DNA of 64,000 bases. Source: Heptranchias perlo (taxonomy: Eukaryota). Shown one piece after another: positions 13,130-26,254 of the stretch (position 1 is its first letter; each line of letters starts with the position of its first letter). Made by a program: the position numbers and the translations under genes. The notes under the pieces are model-generated. The model made no database searches. It saw nothing but the letters and a program-made list of their open reading frames with translations, and had not been told where the DNA came from. Where the stretch lies: the NCBI RefSeq assembly GCF_035084215.1, contig NW_027139666.1, positions 2,232,001 through 2,296,000 on the forward strand, written 5' to 3'.

Positions 13130-14100
13130 TTAATAAGCTTGCTGAAATGCCGTGTCAATGGGCATTGAATTTCCATATTGAAAGGTGTGAGGTGGTGCGT
13201 TTTGCTCGGGGGAATAAGGAGGCCACATACTGCTTGGAAAATAACAGTCTAAATGGGGTGGAAGAGCAACGGGATTTAGGGGTACAGATTGACAAATCAT
13301 TAAAAGTAGCAACACAGGTTGATAAGGCCATAGAAAGCAAACACAGCACATTCAAGAGGAATAATTGAAAAGTAGATAAGTTATGTTGTACTGTAATTTA
13401 AACTGTCAAACCTTCTGCCAAACGATTAAACCTTTCCTTTCTGAAATCCGTGCTGACTCTTCTTTATGATATTTTTGGTTTCTCGATGTTTTTCTATTGC
13501 ATCATTGAGTAAAAGATTCCATGATCATTCCTACCACCGACCTTTAGTTAACTGGTCTTTAGTTGCCTGGATTTGATCTACCTCCTGTCTTAAAATATAA
13601 GAATCACATTAACTGTCATCCAGTCCTCTGGCACTATTTCTTTCTGTAATGATTTTTCCGATATATGTAACAGTGCCTCTGCTATCTCTTCCCTTGTTTC
13701 ATTTAATATGTGCGGATGCAATCCATCTGGACCAGGAGTTCTACCACCCTTTCTAACTTAAATGCCTTGATATCTTTATTGACCTCTTTCTCTAATATCA
13801 TATTCACCCTGTTAATTTCCCGGGTAAATGCTGAGGGAAAGTAATAATTCAATATTTGTGGCATTTCGCTGACGTTACCTGTGAGTTTATCTTGTGAATC
13901 CCTTAGTGGCCCTCAAGATATTCTGATTTTCCTTTTGTTATTTTTGTGTCTGTCGAATAATTTACTGTTACTTTTTATATTCCTTGATAATTTGATTTCG
14001 TGGTTCCTGTTTTCTTCCCTAATTGTTTTTGTGACTTCTTCCTAACCTCTTGCTATTCGCTTTTGCCATCCCCTTATTTAATATCTATGAATGAGAAATT
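13130..14100. mobile_element. Old CR1 LINE fragments (plus strand ~13130-13390; minus strand ~13400-14100)
   Basis: WALNFHIERCEVVRF...VEEQRDLGVQI..SLKV motif of the CR1 ORF2 C-terminus. The minus part contains PGPDGLHP- and YRPV-like sequence. Confidence 0.75.
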
Positions 14101-14574
14101 CCACCAGCTTGTTGGGTCTGTTCAGGGGCTGATGTTTTGGAACGATTTATTGTCTGTGATTAAAGTACCAGAAACCCAAAGGGAGCAATTCAGTACGAAA
14201 TTCCACAGAAACAATCTATTTCTCTCTCCTAGTGAAATAAGGCACTATAATGGTGAGTATAGCTGCCTTCCAAACAGTTAATTCCAACAGGTTTGAATCC
14301 CAGCACGCTGAATTCAGAAACACCAAGACTGGAACCGAATTTGATGATGTTCAGAGCGATAATGTTTCAAAACGCTTCTAATTTATATAAAAAATACTTT
14401 TAAAATTCATTTCTTCCGCCATAACGTTGAATTTATCTCTGTTCCTTTGTATTATTATTTCCCCTGATCTGTACGGTGCATACACGACACAATTGCCCGG
14501 ATTCATTGAAATTAATTGATTTTCTGAAGTTTTTCCCTCTGCTGATTCCCGTTCCTTATTTAAATTATGTCGGA

Positions 14575-14695
14575 TTAACCTTTCTGATCTATCGAAGCGT
14601 CATTGTCCTGAACCGTTAACCCGAGCTTCCCTTCTCCACAGATGCTGCCGGACCTGCTGGGTCTTTCCAGCATTTTCGGTTTTATTTTTTTCTAT
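14575..14695 (+). mobile_element. Penelope-like element terminal fragment (inverted copy at ~63175-63280)
   Basis: GAAG.GTCA...CGTTAAC...CTCCACAGATGCTGCC.GACCTGCTG.GT.TTTCCAGCATTTT resembles the common elasmobranch Penelope-associated end. Identified from recall, not from a search. Confidence 0.45.
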
Positions 14696-14999
14696 ATTTT
14701 ATCCCTTTCACTTTTGACGGTCGCCATTGAAACGTCCAGATTTGTGCTCAGTTTGTATTTGTGTTTCAGTTCGGTTTATTTGAATTAATATAATGGGGTA
14801 ATTTTCGAATGAGCAAAACAAAAACTTTATTATGAATCAATTGTCTAACTTTTCACTGAAAAAATATGAAAAAATACGTGAGTAGAAGTTACAGGGAGAA
14901 ACTATTGCCTCACATTGCACATTGTCCTGAATCTGGAACGACGACGATAATGTGAATTTGTTCCACTCTGTTACAGTTCTCACTTATGTCCAGTAGATC

Positions 15000-16640
15000 T
15001 CACACTGTATGAGTGTATGGGATTAATTCTATGTCTTTCAGTCAGCATGTGAGTGTGATATTCATTCTGTATCCGTCAGTCTCCAGTACAGTCTGTGAAT
15101 GTGGGATTCATTCTGTATCTGTCAATCTCTGGCACTATCTGTGAGTGTGGGATTCATACTGTATCTGTCAGTCTCTGGTACTGTGTGTGAGTGTGGGATT
15201 CATTCTGTATCTGTCAGTCTCTGGTGCTGTGTGTGAGTGTGGGATTCATTCTGTATCTGTCAGTCTCTGGTACTGTATGTGAGTGTGAGATTCATTCTGT
15301 ATCTGTCAGTCTCTGGTATTTTACCTCAGCGTGGGATTAATTCTGTTATTCAGTCTCTGGGCAAAGTGCAAGTTCTGTAGTCTTATTTTGTTCTGTATTC
15401 CTATTTCAGATTAAAGTATAGTGCTTGAAACTGTATCTTTAATTCATTAATATATGCAAATCTTTCGTCGAGCATTAATTTGTAATTATGGATACACTTT
15501 GGGATTTTGTTTCAATCTAACAGCGTGTGTGAGTTTTGTTGTAGGATTACATCTTAATCTCTGAAGATAATGTACATTTCAATCTTCTACTGTGAAATTA
15601 TTGGACTCGTATTTATTGCGTAGCTCAGTCTGGGCTGATGGAATTGCTATTGTATCTTTCAGTCTGACACTGTATGAGATTTTTAGACTGGTATGTATTC
15701 TGTGGTTCTGTCTGTACTAATGGAATTGGCACTCTAACTTTCAGTCAGACACTGCGAGAGATTTTTGGACCGGTTTGTAACGTGTAGCTTAGTCGACACT
15801 AATAGGATTCATACTGTATCTTTCAGTTTGACACTGAATGTGACTTTTGGACTGCTATCTAATGTATACCTCAGTCTGCACTAATGGGTTTGATACTGTA
15901 TCTTCCAGTCTGATACTGTGTGAGATTTGTGTACTGGTATGTAGTGTGTCGATCAGTCTGAACTAATCAAATCGATGCTATATATTGCAGTATGACACTG
16001 TACGTGATTTTTGGACAGGTATCTAATGTGAACCTCTGCCTGCAGGAAAGGAATTGATACTCTGCCTTTCAGGTAGACACAGTGTGATTTTTGGACAGAT
16101 AACTAATGTGTACCTCAGTCTGCACTAATGGGATTGATATTGTATATTCCAGTACGATACTTAATCCGAATTCTGGACTGGTATATAATGTGTAGCTCAA
16201 TCTGCACTAATGGAATTGATCCTGTATCTTTCAACCTGACACTGAGATTTTTGGACTGGTATGTGATGTGTTACTCAGTCTGCACGAATGCAATTGATAT
16301 TGTATCTTTCAGTCTCTTACTGTCTGAGAATTTTGGACTGGTATCTAATGTGTACCTCAGTCTGCAGTAAAGGAATTGAAACTGTACATTTCATTCTGAC
16401 ACTATGAGTCAAATATGGGTAACATCTGAACTGGTATCTAATTTGTATCTCATTGTACAATATTGACATGAATACTGCATCTTTAAGCTCATAATGTGTG
16501 AGAGTTGTGGGCTGGTATTTAATTGAAATCTCGGGGAACACTATTGTGATTGATTCTGTACCTATGAATCAGGACCATGAGTCAGTTCTATCTGGGATTT
16601 AATTCCTTGCTAAGGCTGAAATAATATGAGATTGACACAG
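15000..16640. repeat. 46-bp and 82-bp minisatellite arrays (unit 2)
   Basis: GGATTCATTC at 15196 and 15242 gives period 46. 82-mer array at ~15600-16400. Confidence 0.9.
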
Positions 16641-17890
16641 TGCCTTTCAATCTGATACTGGGTGTGATTTTGGACTGGGAATTATTTATCTGCCAGTCAG
16701 CGGTACTGAGTCATTGTGAAATGGAAATTCCGTCTGTCTCTCCTGCTCTGTTTGACTGTTGGATTGGGATCAGTATGGGACTGACTATTTCTGCTGTCTG
16801 AGATTGTGGGACTGGTGACCTGTCTGTGTCTCTGTGCTCTGTGAGTGTTAATGTACCTAATTGTGTGTGAGAAGCAGCTGACTGCACTGACTGCTCCATG
16901 TGCCTCGGGTGAAGTAAACATCACATTGATTCTGGGTCCTTCAAGAATTTGACTGCAGGAAGAAAAAGTATCTGTTGTAACAACAACAGGTGAAGTTGAA
17001 AATTCAAAAGTGAACAATTGAATCTCTCTGTTAATAATCATTGTAATAACCACAAATGAAAACCAGCGATACAAACAGTGTCAGTGTCTGACTCCACTGC
17101 AATACTGCAGCACTCAGCTTCTGCACACCAGGTGTGTTGGGCTGTTTTACAAGAATTTAGTGACATCCAGACACAACCCAACCCCTGCACTGATCCATGA
17201 ATGGGTCTACCCGATGGGGTGGGGACTTTGCACATATCAGATTTCTAATCCCCTCTCCCATGGGACTAACCATTCAACCGAAACAAAACAGCCACTGTTT
17301 AAAATGTGTCCTTCAAACTTCTCACCTGATGCCTTCAATAGATGCTCTTTGTATAAATCCCCACATCCTTACTGTCCGGCTCTATTTACTGTTCAATAAC
17401 AAACACTAAAGGTTAATGGTCAGGTTTACAAAGTCAGATTTATTACCTGCCACCAATCACAAACACGCTCACAGTGCACATTGTCCGTTTTCAGCAAATT
17501 GTTCCGAACTGTTGCAGTTCTGCTTCCGGCCAGTAGATGTCCCCAAACCCCGGGTCATTGAAGTTTGCAGATGAGAGAGGGACAGAAGATAAACTCATTC
17601 TTCACATTATATTGCACGAGTGGCATTTAGAGGAACTGGGAATGGAGACGAGCTGCAAGTACATTTTGTTAGACCAAACACTACGTGTAATGCTGTATTA
17701 AATTCGTGTAATCGATTTACGGGGTATTCTCTATATTGAGGATGACTGGAACAAAATAAACTTGCAGAACGGCCGTGCAAATGGCCATTGAATTTCAATA
17801 TAGAAAAGTGTGAGGTGGTGCATTTCGCTAAGGGGAATAAGGAGGCCACATACTGCATGGAAAATAAGAGTCTAAATGGGGTAGAGGAGT
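16640..17890. repeat. Histone-free copy of the unit: partial module fused to H2B far-upstream DNA
   Basis: 16640-17400 matches ~3790-4575. 17435-17600 matches 12850-13010, including the CTCF-like site. Confidence 0.85.
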
Positions 17891-18149
17891 AATGTAAATC
17901 ATCCTGAGAAATCAGACAGAAACACTGCGCAATGTACAGTGAAATATAATGGGGCAAATTCACAACTATCGAATGAGTGAAACAAAAACTTGATTGTGAT
18001 TTAATTGTCTTAATTTTTCACCGCCAAAAAGTGCAAAAATACGAGAGTAAAAGTTACAGACAGAAACTTCCCTCACATTGCACATTATCCTTTTTCTGTA
18101 ACCATTACAGATAATGTGAATTTGTTCCCTCATTATAGTTGTCGCTTAC

Positions 18150-21100
18150 CGCAGACGTCAGTCTGTGGTACTGTACATGAGACTGGGATTTATTCTGTTT
18201 CTGTATGTCTGGTACTCTGTACGAGAGTGGGGTTTATTCTGTATCTGTCAGTCTCTGGTACGGTGTGTGAGCATGGGGTATATTCTGCATCTGTCAGTCT
18301 CAGATACGATATATAAGTGATGCATTCATTCTGTAGCTGTCAGTCTCTGGCACTGTATGTGAGAGTGGGATACATTCTGTATCTGCCATTCTCTGCTACT
18401 TTATCTCAGTGTGGGATTCATTCTATAATTCAATCTCTGTGACAATGTGCAAGTCTGGATTCATTCTGTATTCTTATTTCAGTTCAGAGTATCGTATTTG
18501 AAACTATCTTTAGCACTTTAAAGTATTTACAGTTCTTCATCGATTATTTAATTTGTTAATGTGGATACATTTTCGATTTTCTTTACTCAAACGACGTGTG
18601 TGAGTTTTGGAGTAGTGTTACATCTTAATCTCTGAACTCTATTGTGAACGATAATATACCTTTCAATCTGTTCACAGTGAAATTATTGGATTGGCATGTA
18701 ATGTGTAGCTCAGTCTTCAATAATGGAATTAATTCTGTATCTGAGCCTAACACTGTATGAGATTTTTGGACTGGTATGTAATATGTAGCTTATGCTGGAA
18801 TTCATAATGTATCTATCAGTCTGATACTGTATCAAATTGATGGACTGGAATGCAATGTACAGCTCAGTCTGAACGAATGGAATTGATACTGAATCTTTCA
18901 ATGTGATACTGTATGAGATTTTTGGACTGGTGAGTAACATACAGATCAGTCTGTGCTAATGGAATTGATATTGTATCTTTGAGTCTGATAAGGTATGAGA
19001 TTCTTGGACTGCTATATAATGTGTGGCTCAGTCTGAACTAATAGAATCAATTCTGTATCTTTCAGTCTAATATATAATGAGATTGTTGGACTGATATATA
19101 ATGTTGAGCTCAGGCGGTGCTAATAGAATTTAAATTATATCTTCCAGTCTGATTGTTTGTGATTTTTGGACTCATATGTAATGTATAGCTCAGTCTGTAC
19201 CAATGGTATTGACAATGTTTATTTCAGTATAACACGAGTATTTACCAATATATCTAATATGTAGCTCAGTCTGCAGCAATAGAATTTAAACTGTATCTTT
19301 CAATCTGCCACTATGAGATCTTTGGACTGGTCTGTAAATTGTCACTCAGTCTTCAGTAATGTGACTGTGACATTCATTCTATATCTGTAGTCTCCAGTAC
19401 AGTCTGTGAGTGTGGGATTCAATCTGCATCTGTCAGTCTCTGGTACTGTGTGTGAGTGTGGGATTCATTCTGTATCTGCAGGTCTCTGGTACTGTGTGTG
19501 AGTGTGGGATTCATCCTGTATCTGTCAGTCTCTGGTACTATATGTGAGTATGGAAATTCATTCTGTCTCTGCCATTCTCTGCTACATTATCTCAGTGTGG
19601 GATTCATTCTGTAATTCAGTCTCTGAGACAATGTACAAGTCTGGATTAATTCTGTATTCTTATTTCAGTTTACAGTATCGTGTTTGAAATTGTATCTTTA
19701 ATACTTTAAATTATAGACATTTCGTCGTCGAGTGTTTAATTTGTAAATATGGATTACTTTCGGATTTTCTTTAATCAAACAATGTGTGAGAGTTTTAGAG
19801 TGGTATTACATCTTAACCTCTGAATTCTATTGTGAATGATAATGTACCTTTCAATCTGTTCACAGTGAAATTATTGGATTGGTATGTAATGTGTAGCTCA
19901 GTCTGCAATAATGGGATTAATTCTGTATCTCAATCTAATATTGTATGAGATTTTTGGACTGGTGTGTAATATGTAGTTCAGCCTGCAGTAAAGGAATTGA
20001 TACTGTCTCTATCAGTCTGATACTGTATGAGCTTTGTGATGTGTAGCTCAGTCTTCATTAATCGAAGTGATACTGAATCTTTCAATCTGATACTTCATGA
20101 GATTTTTGGACTGGTGAGTAACATGTAGCTCAGTACGTGTGATGGAATTGATATTTTATCATTGAGTCTGATAAGGTATGGGATTCTTGCACTGCTATAT
20201 AATGTGTGGCTCAGTATTCACTAATGGAATTGATACTGTATCTTTCAGTCTAATATTGTATGTGATTTTCAATCTGGTATGTAATGTACAGGTCAGGCAT
20301 TGCTAATTGAATTGAAACTGTATCTTTCAGTCTGATCATTTATGATGTTTTTGGACTAGTATTTAATGTGTAGCTCAGTCTGTACCAATGGTATTGATGC
20401 TGTTTATTTCAGTATAATACTCTATGAGTATTTACTAATTTATCTAGTATGTAGCTCAGTCTGCACTAATGGAATTTATACTGTATCTTTCAATCTGACA
20501 CGATGATATCTTTGAACTGGCATGTAAAATGTAACTCAGTCTGCAGTAGTGTGACTGTGAGATTCATTCTGTATCTGCCAGCCCCTGGTACTGTGTGTTC
20601 CATATCTGACAGTCTCTGATATTGAGTGTGTGTGCGATTCGTTCTGTTCCTGTCAGTCTCTCGTGCTGTATGTGAGTGAGACATTCATTCTGTATCTATC
20701 AATTTCTGACGCTGTATGTGAGTGATATAAATTCTGTATCTGTCAGTCGGTGCTACAGTGTGTGAGTGCAGGATTCATTCTTTATCTGTCAGTCTCTGGT
20801 ACATTGTATGAGTTTGGGATTCATTCTATATGTCAGTCTCTGGCACTCTATCGGAGTGAGAGTTTCATTCTTTATCTGTATCTAATTTGTATCTTCGTTT
20901 ACAGGATGGCGTTCAAATCTGTATCTTTAATACATTAATGGATGAATATTTTTTCCCAGTCCTTAATTATTAGATAATGATATATTTTAAAATGTAATAA
21001 GATAATGTGGGCATCTATTTTTGGACTTCTATTAAATCAATATCGATGGGAACAAAATTGTGAATTTGTGCATCTTCCAACTGATATGGTGATATTGTTG

Positions 21101-22360
21101 AACTTGTATATAATGGGGAGCTCAATCTGCATGAATAGAATACTGTATATTTCAGTCTGAATCTCTATCAGTTTTTTTGTAGTGGTTTCTAATGTATAGC
21201 TCAGTCTGCACTAATGGAATTGATACTGTATCTTTCAAACTGACACTATGAGATTTTTGGACTGGCACGTAATGTGTAAACTAAGCCAGCATTGATGGAA
21301 TCGATACTGTATCTTTCAATCTGCGACTGTGAGATTTTTGCTCTGGTATGTAATGTGCAACTCAGCCTGCACTAATGTAGGTGACTGTGAGATTCACTTT
21401 GTATCTGTCAGTGTCTGCTACTCTATTTCTCTGTGGGATTCATTCTGTATATACATTCTCTAATACTGTGTGTGGGTGTTGAATTATTTCCATATATGCA
21501 GTTTCTCATAATGTATGTTTGTGTGGCATTCAATCTGTATCTGTCAGTCTCGAGTACTGTGTGTGAGTGTGGGATTCATTCTGTATCTGTCAGTCTCTGC
21601 TACTGTGTGTGAGTGTGGGATTAATTCTGTATCTGTCAGTCTCTGGTACTGTGTGTGAATGTGGGATTCACTCTGTGTCTGACAACCTCTCGTACTGTAT
21701 GTGAGTTTGGGATTCCTTCTGCATGTCAGTCTCTGCACTGTATCTGAGTGTGAGATTCATTCTGTGTCTATAATTAGTCTCTCAGATTACATTATGGTGT
21801 TCAATATTGTAGCTTTAATAACTTAATATTTAAATAGTTTTTCTCATTATTTAATATGGATACACTTTAGGATTTGATGCTGGAGATTTTAATCAGATAA
21901 TGTGTGTGCTTTTGGACTACTATTAAATCTGTATCTCTGTGAGTAATATTGTGAATGATAATGTATCTTTCAAACTGATATGGTAACATTTTTGAATTGG
22001 TACATAATGTGTAGATCAGTCTGCACTAAATGAATTTATATTGCATCTTAAATTTGTATTTTGTAAGATTTTTGGACTTGTGTGTAATGTGTATCTCAGT
22101 CTGTGATACTGTATCCTTAAATCTCTTAATATGAGTATATTATAAACTGGTATCTAATGTGTTTCTCAGGTTATAGTGTCACAGCATTTCTCAATCTGAT
22201 ATTGTACATGAGTTTCGGACTTGCAATTTGTATTCGAATGATGCACTATTCGAATGAATACTGCAGATATTGAACTCACGTGTGTGTGAGAGTTCTGGGC
22301 GAGTATTAAATTTGAATCTCGGGGTATCTGGTATTTAATTCACGGCTAATATTGCCCTTT
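18150..22360. repeat. 46-bp and 82-bp minisatellite region (unit 3)
   Basis: Same monomers. The block at 18441 recurs at ~19627 (~1.19-kb period). Confidence 0.9.
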
Positions 22361-23504
22361 TGTGAAATTGACAATCTGAAAGCGAGACTTTGGACTGGGA
22401 TTTTTGTATCTACCTGTCAGCGGGACTGAGTTCGGGAGAAATGGAACAGTGTCTGCCTCACCTGCTCTGCTTTACTGTTGGATTGAAAATGTGTCTCTAG
22501 AACTTGGGATCAGTGTGGGACTGACTACTTCTGCTGTCTGAGACTGTGGAACTGATGACCTGTCTGTGTCTCTGTGCTCTGAGAGTGATAATATACCTAC
22601 TGTGTGTGAGAAGGCGCTGGCTGCACTGTTCCTTTGCCTCGGTTGGAGGAAACGTCACATTCACTCTGCCTCCTTCAAGGGTTTGCCTGTAGAAAGAAAC
22701 GTATCTCTTGTAACTCAAGAACAGGTGAGGTAGAAAATACAAAAATGATCAGTTTAATAACTGTTAACCCATCATCACATCCAATGCCACATTTGGACAG
22801 GGAAATTACTGGCAAACAGGTACAGATTGGTCTGATTCCGATCCTACACTTTCACGTGAGGCATCTACACCCCCAGTGTCAATGTAACTCGGACATCTAT
22901 ACAGGGAGAGGCTCGGGCACGCGTGCAAAGTACAAGAGATGCAAGTTTTAATTTCCGATATAGTATCAGCTTGGCTCTGTTGGAAATATTTTCATCTCTA
23001 ATGAACCAGACTGGGATCAAATAAAGTTTGTCTATTTTCCCTCTCCAGTTATTGTGACAGAGGCTGTTTCACTGCAACTCGCACTAATAGAACCAAAGTG
23101 TTTTCTCTCAGCTCTGGAATCAGAAGCAGTGTAAAACTTAGTGTCACATTCACTGCGGTACTCGTCACTGATACAGGAACAGACTGACAGGGACAGAATA
23201 AATCCCTCACTCAGCCAATAACAGACAAATTTCATTCACTGATTCAGCAATCGCTGACACAATAATCAACACATCCGTCACCTTCTGGCGGACAAATCTG
23301 GATATTGGAAGTCAGACCGAGTAAGTGTTCTGGGAGGATGAGACTGTAAATAACACTTACAATGGCCGGAACACAATAGAGTGCCTCTTGTTGCCGATGA
23401 TCAAACTCACCTGTTATTTCTGTATTCCACCCTCCCAGTTTAATGAACTGATTATTTTGCGTCTCATTTCCTGCACAATCCACAAATTTCAACCTATTGG
23501 AGGT

Positions 23505-23540
23505 TGGCGACATCTACTGTCCAGAAGCGAGTATTGAACA
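23505..23540 (-). promoter_or_regulatory. Putative CTCF site (paralog of 10907-10943)
   Basis: Minus strand TGGACAGTAGATGTCGCCA. Confidence 0.55.
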
Positions 23541-23640
23541 GATTATTTGTATTCAACAACATATCGTTAGTTTCTAACTAAGCGATTTATTATTAAATTA
23601 AGCTCTGACTCGCTTCAGCCCTTTCATAGATACAGTGGGT

Positions 23641-23656
23641 GGCTCTGAAAAGAGCC
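23641..23656 (-). terminator. Histone 3' stem-loop (H2A copy 2), canonical
   Basis: Minus strand GGCTCT TTTC AGAGCC ACCCA, followed by GAAAGGGCTG. Confidence 0.93.
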
Positions 23657-23686
23657 TTTGGGTTATCAGATTAAATCTTGACCGGT

Positions 23687-24151
<465 letters not shown>

Positions 24152-24966
24152 TCATCTGATTGGTTTGCATTATTACACCTCATTTGCCTATTTCAATAAC
24201 CAATCAGATAGCTGGAAATTAGAAGACGGCGGCATATAACGGCCTCAAGGGTCAGACCAGGAATTTTATGAATTTCAAAAAGCCCGCCAATTTCAGTGTA
24301 GTAAAGGACAGGATTTAGATCAATGTCGCCCTGAGCACAAGATTTTAAACCCATTCTTTTTATCTTATTTTATTCAGTGCTACCCGTCACCAATCGCTGG
24401 CGCTGTTTTAAAATCTGCCTTAAATTATGGCTCATTATATCATCGCTTTCAAACTGTACCGGACGGGACTAAAGCCCCATTCACAGCATTCCGTGAAGGG
24501 ACACGTTTCAATTCAGTCTTTATGAAAGTGACACGTTATAGATTGGTCCTTTCTCACAGAGCCGGGAGTGCTTCCATGAAACGAGGAACCCGGACGGCGC
24601 TCTCATTCTGCCCCTATTCCGCTGTGTTACTGCAAGGGGTGGGGTTGCTTTTAATATGGGGATTTTCATCTCAGACAGTAAACATTTCTGAGATTGAATT
24701 CATAGAGATAATGGCATTGCTCCGGGGGTCATTCAGGCTGTGTTCGTGGGCGGAATAGTAACGCTTTAAGAACAAAGCGAATGGGAAGGAGCGGATCAGC
24801 CACTCGCGATCAGATTATGGGTCAGAAATTTCAACGGTGCAGTTACAGTATCAGTTTTGCATTGGAATAATATCGCGGTATTAAAAAGATACTAAGCAAA
24901 TATATAGGAAATGCAGCTCTTTCAGAGAGGTTGTGGGTGGCTCTTAAAAGAGCAGTTGTTTTTCTT

Positions 24967-25359
24967 TCAGTTCATTGTGGAGTTTAACTTGGAACTGGTG
25001 TACTTGGTCACCGCCTTTGTCCTTTCCGACACGGCGTGTTTGGCCAGTTCCGCGTGCAGCAGCTGGCGCACGGCGGTCTGGATCTCCCGGGAGCTGATGG
25101 TGCGCCGTTTATTATAATGGACCAGGCGGGAAGCCTCACCCGCGATGCGCTCGAAAATATCGTTCACAAAGGAGTTCATGATGCTCATGGCCTTGGAGGA
25201 GATGCCGGTGTCGGGGTGAACCTGCTTCATCACTTTGTAAACGTAGATGGAATAACTCTCCTTCCTCGACTTTCTCCGCTTCTTGCCGCCCTTGGCCGCT
25301 GCTTTCCTCAAGGTTTTCTTGGCGCCCTTCTTGGAAGCTACTTTCTTGTTCTCAGGCAT
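24967..25359 (-). CDS. H2B: Histone H2B copy 2, stop-loss variant (130 aa, +LNSTMN); possibly a decaying pseudogene
   Basis: TAA>TTA at the normal stop. Histone-fold substitutions RLVHY, RQLLHAE and SERTK. Stem-loop at 24939-24954 reads TGCTCT TTTA AGAGCC. Confidence 0.8.
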   Translation of the reverse strand: MPENKKVASKKGAKKTLRKAAAKGGKKRRKSRKESYSIYVYKVMKQVHPDTGISSKAMSIMNSFVNDIFERIAGEASRLVHYNKRRTISSREIQTAVRQLLHAELAKHAVSERTKAVTKYTSSKLNSTMN

Positions 25360-26219
25360 TTTCAAACTCAATCTCAGACACAGAAATGACCCAAATTTGC
25401 TCTGAGCTCGGATTAAATAGGCAGCCCCACAGCCTTATGCTAATGAAGGATGGGGGAAGGCAATGATTATGATTGGGTCACTGGGAGGAGTGTCACAATA
25501 ATTATTCACTGTAACTCTCTGATTGGATACCTGAAGAAACCAATCAGATTTAGCACCTGCCACCAATCACAAACTCGCTCACGCTGCACATTGTCCGGTT
25601 TCAGCAATTTGTTCCGAACTGTTGCAGTTTTGCTTCCAGCCTGTAGATGTCCCCAAACCCCGGGACATTGAAGTTTGCAGATGAGAGAGGGACAGCAGAT
25701 AAACTCATTCTTCACATTATATTGCAAGAGTGGGATTAAGAAAAACTGGGAATGGAGACGAGATGCAAATACATTTTGTTATACCACACATTCGTTTTAA
25801 TGCTGTGTTAAATTCTTGTAATTGATTTTGGGATTATAGACAATACTTGCAGAACGGCCGTGTAAATGTGTATTGAATTTCAATATAGAAAGATGTGAGC
25901 TGGTGCAATTTGTTAGGGGAATAAGGAGGCCACATACTGCCTGGAAAATATGAGCTTAAATGGGGTAGAGGAACAATGTAAATCGTGTCCTGAGAAATCA
26001 GAGAGAAATACTGTGCAATGTCAGTGAAAAATAACGGGGTAAATTCACAACTATCGAATGATTGAAACAAAAACTTTATTTTGAATCAATTGCCTTCATT
26101 TTCCAATCACAAAACGTGCAAAATTACTAGAGTAGAAGTGACAGACAGAAACTTTCCTCACATTGCACATTGTCCTGTGTCTGTCACCACGACAGATGAT
26201 GTGAATTTGTTCCGCTCTT

Positions 26220-26254
26220 TTACAGTTCTCACCTACGTCCAGTAGAGGTCAGTC
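26220..26254 (+). promoter_or_regulatory. Putative CTCF site at the edge of the satellite array
   Basis: TTACAGTTCTCACCTACGTCCAGTAGAGGTCAGT. Inverted copy at 59295-59330; degraded copy at 14971-15000. Confidence 0.5.
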
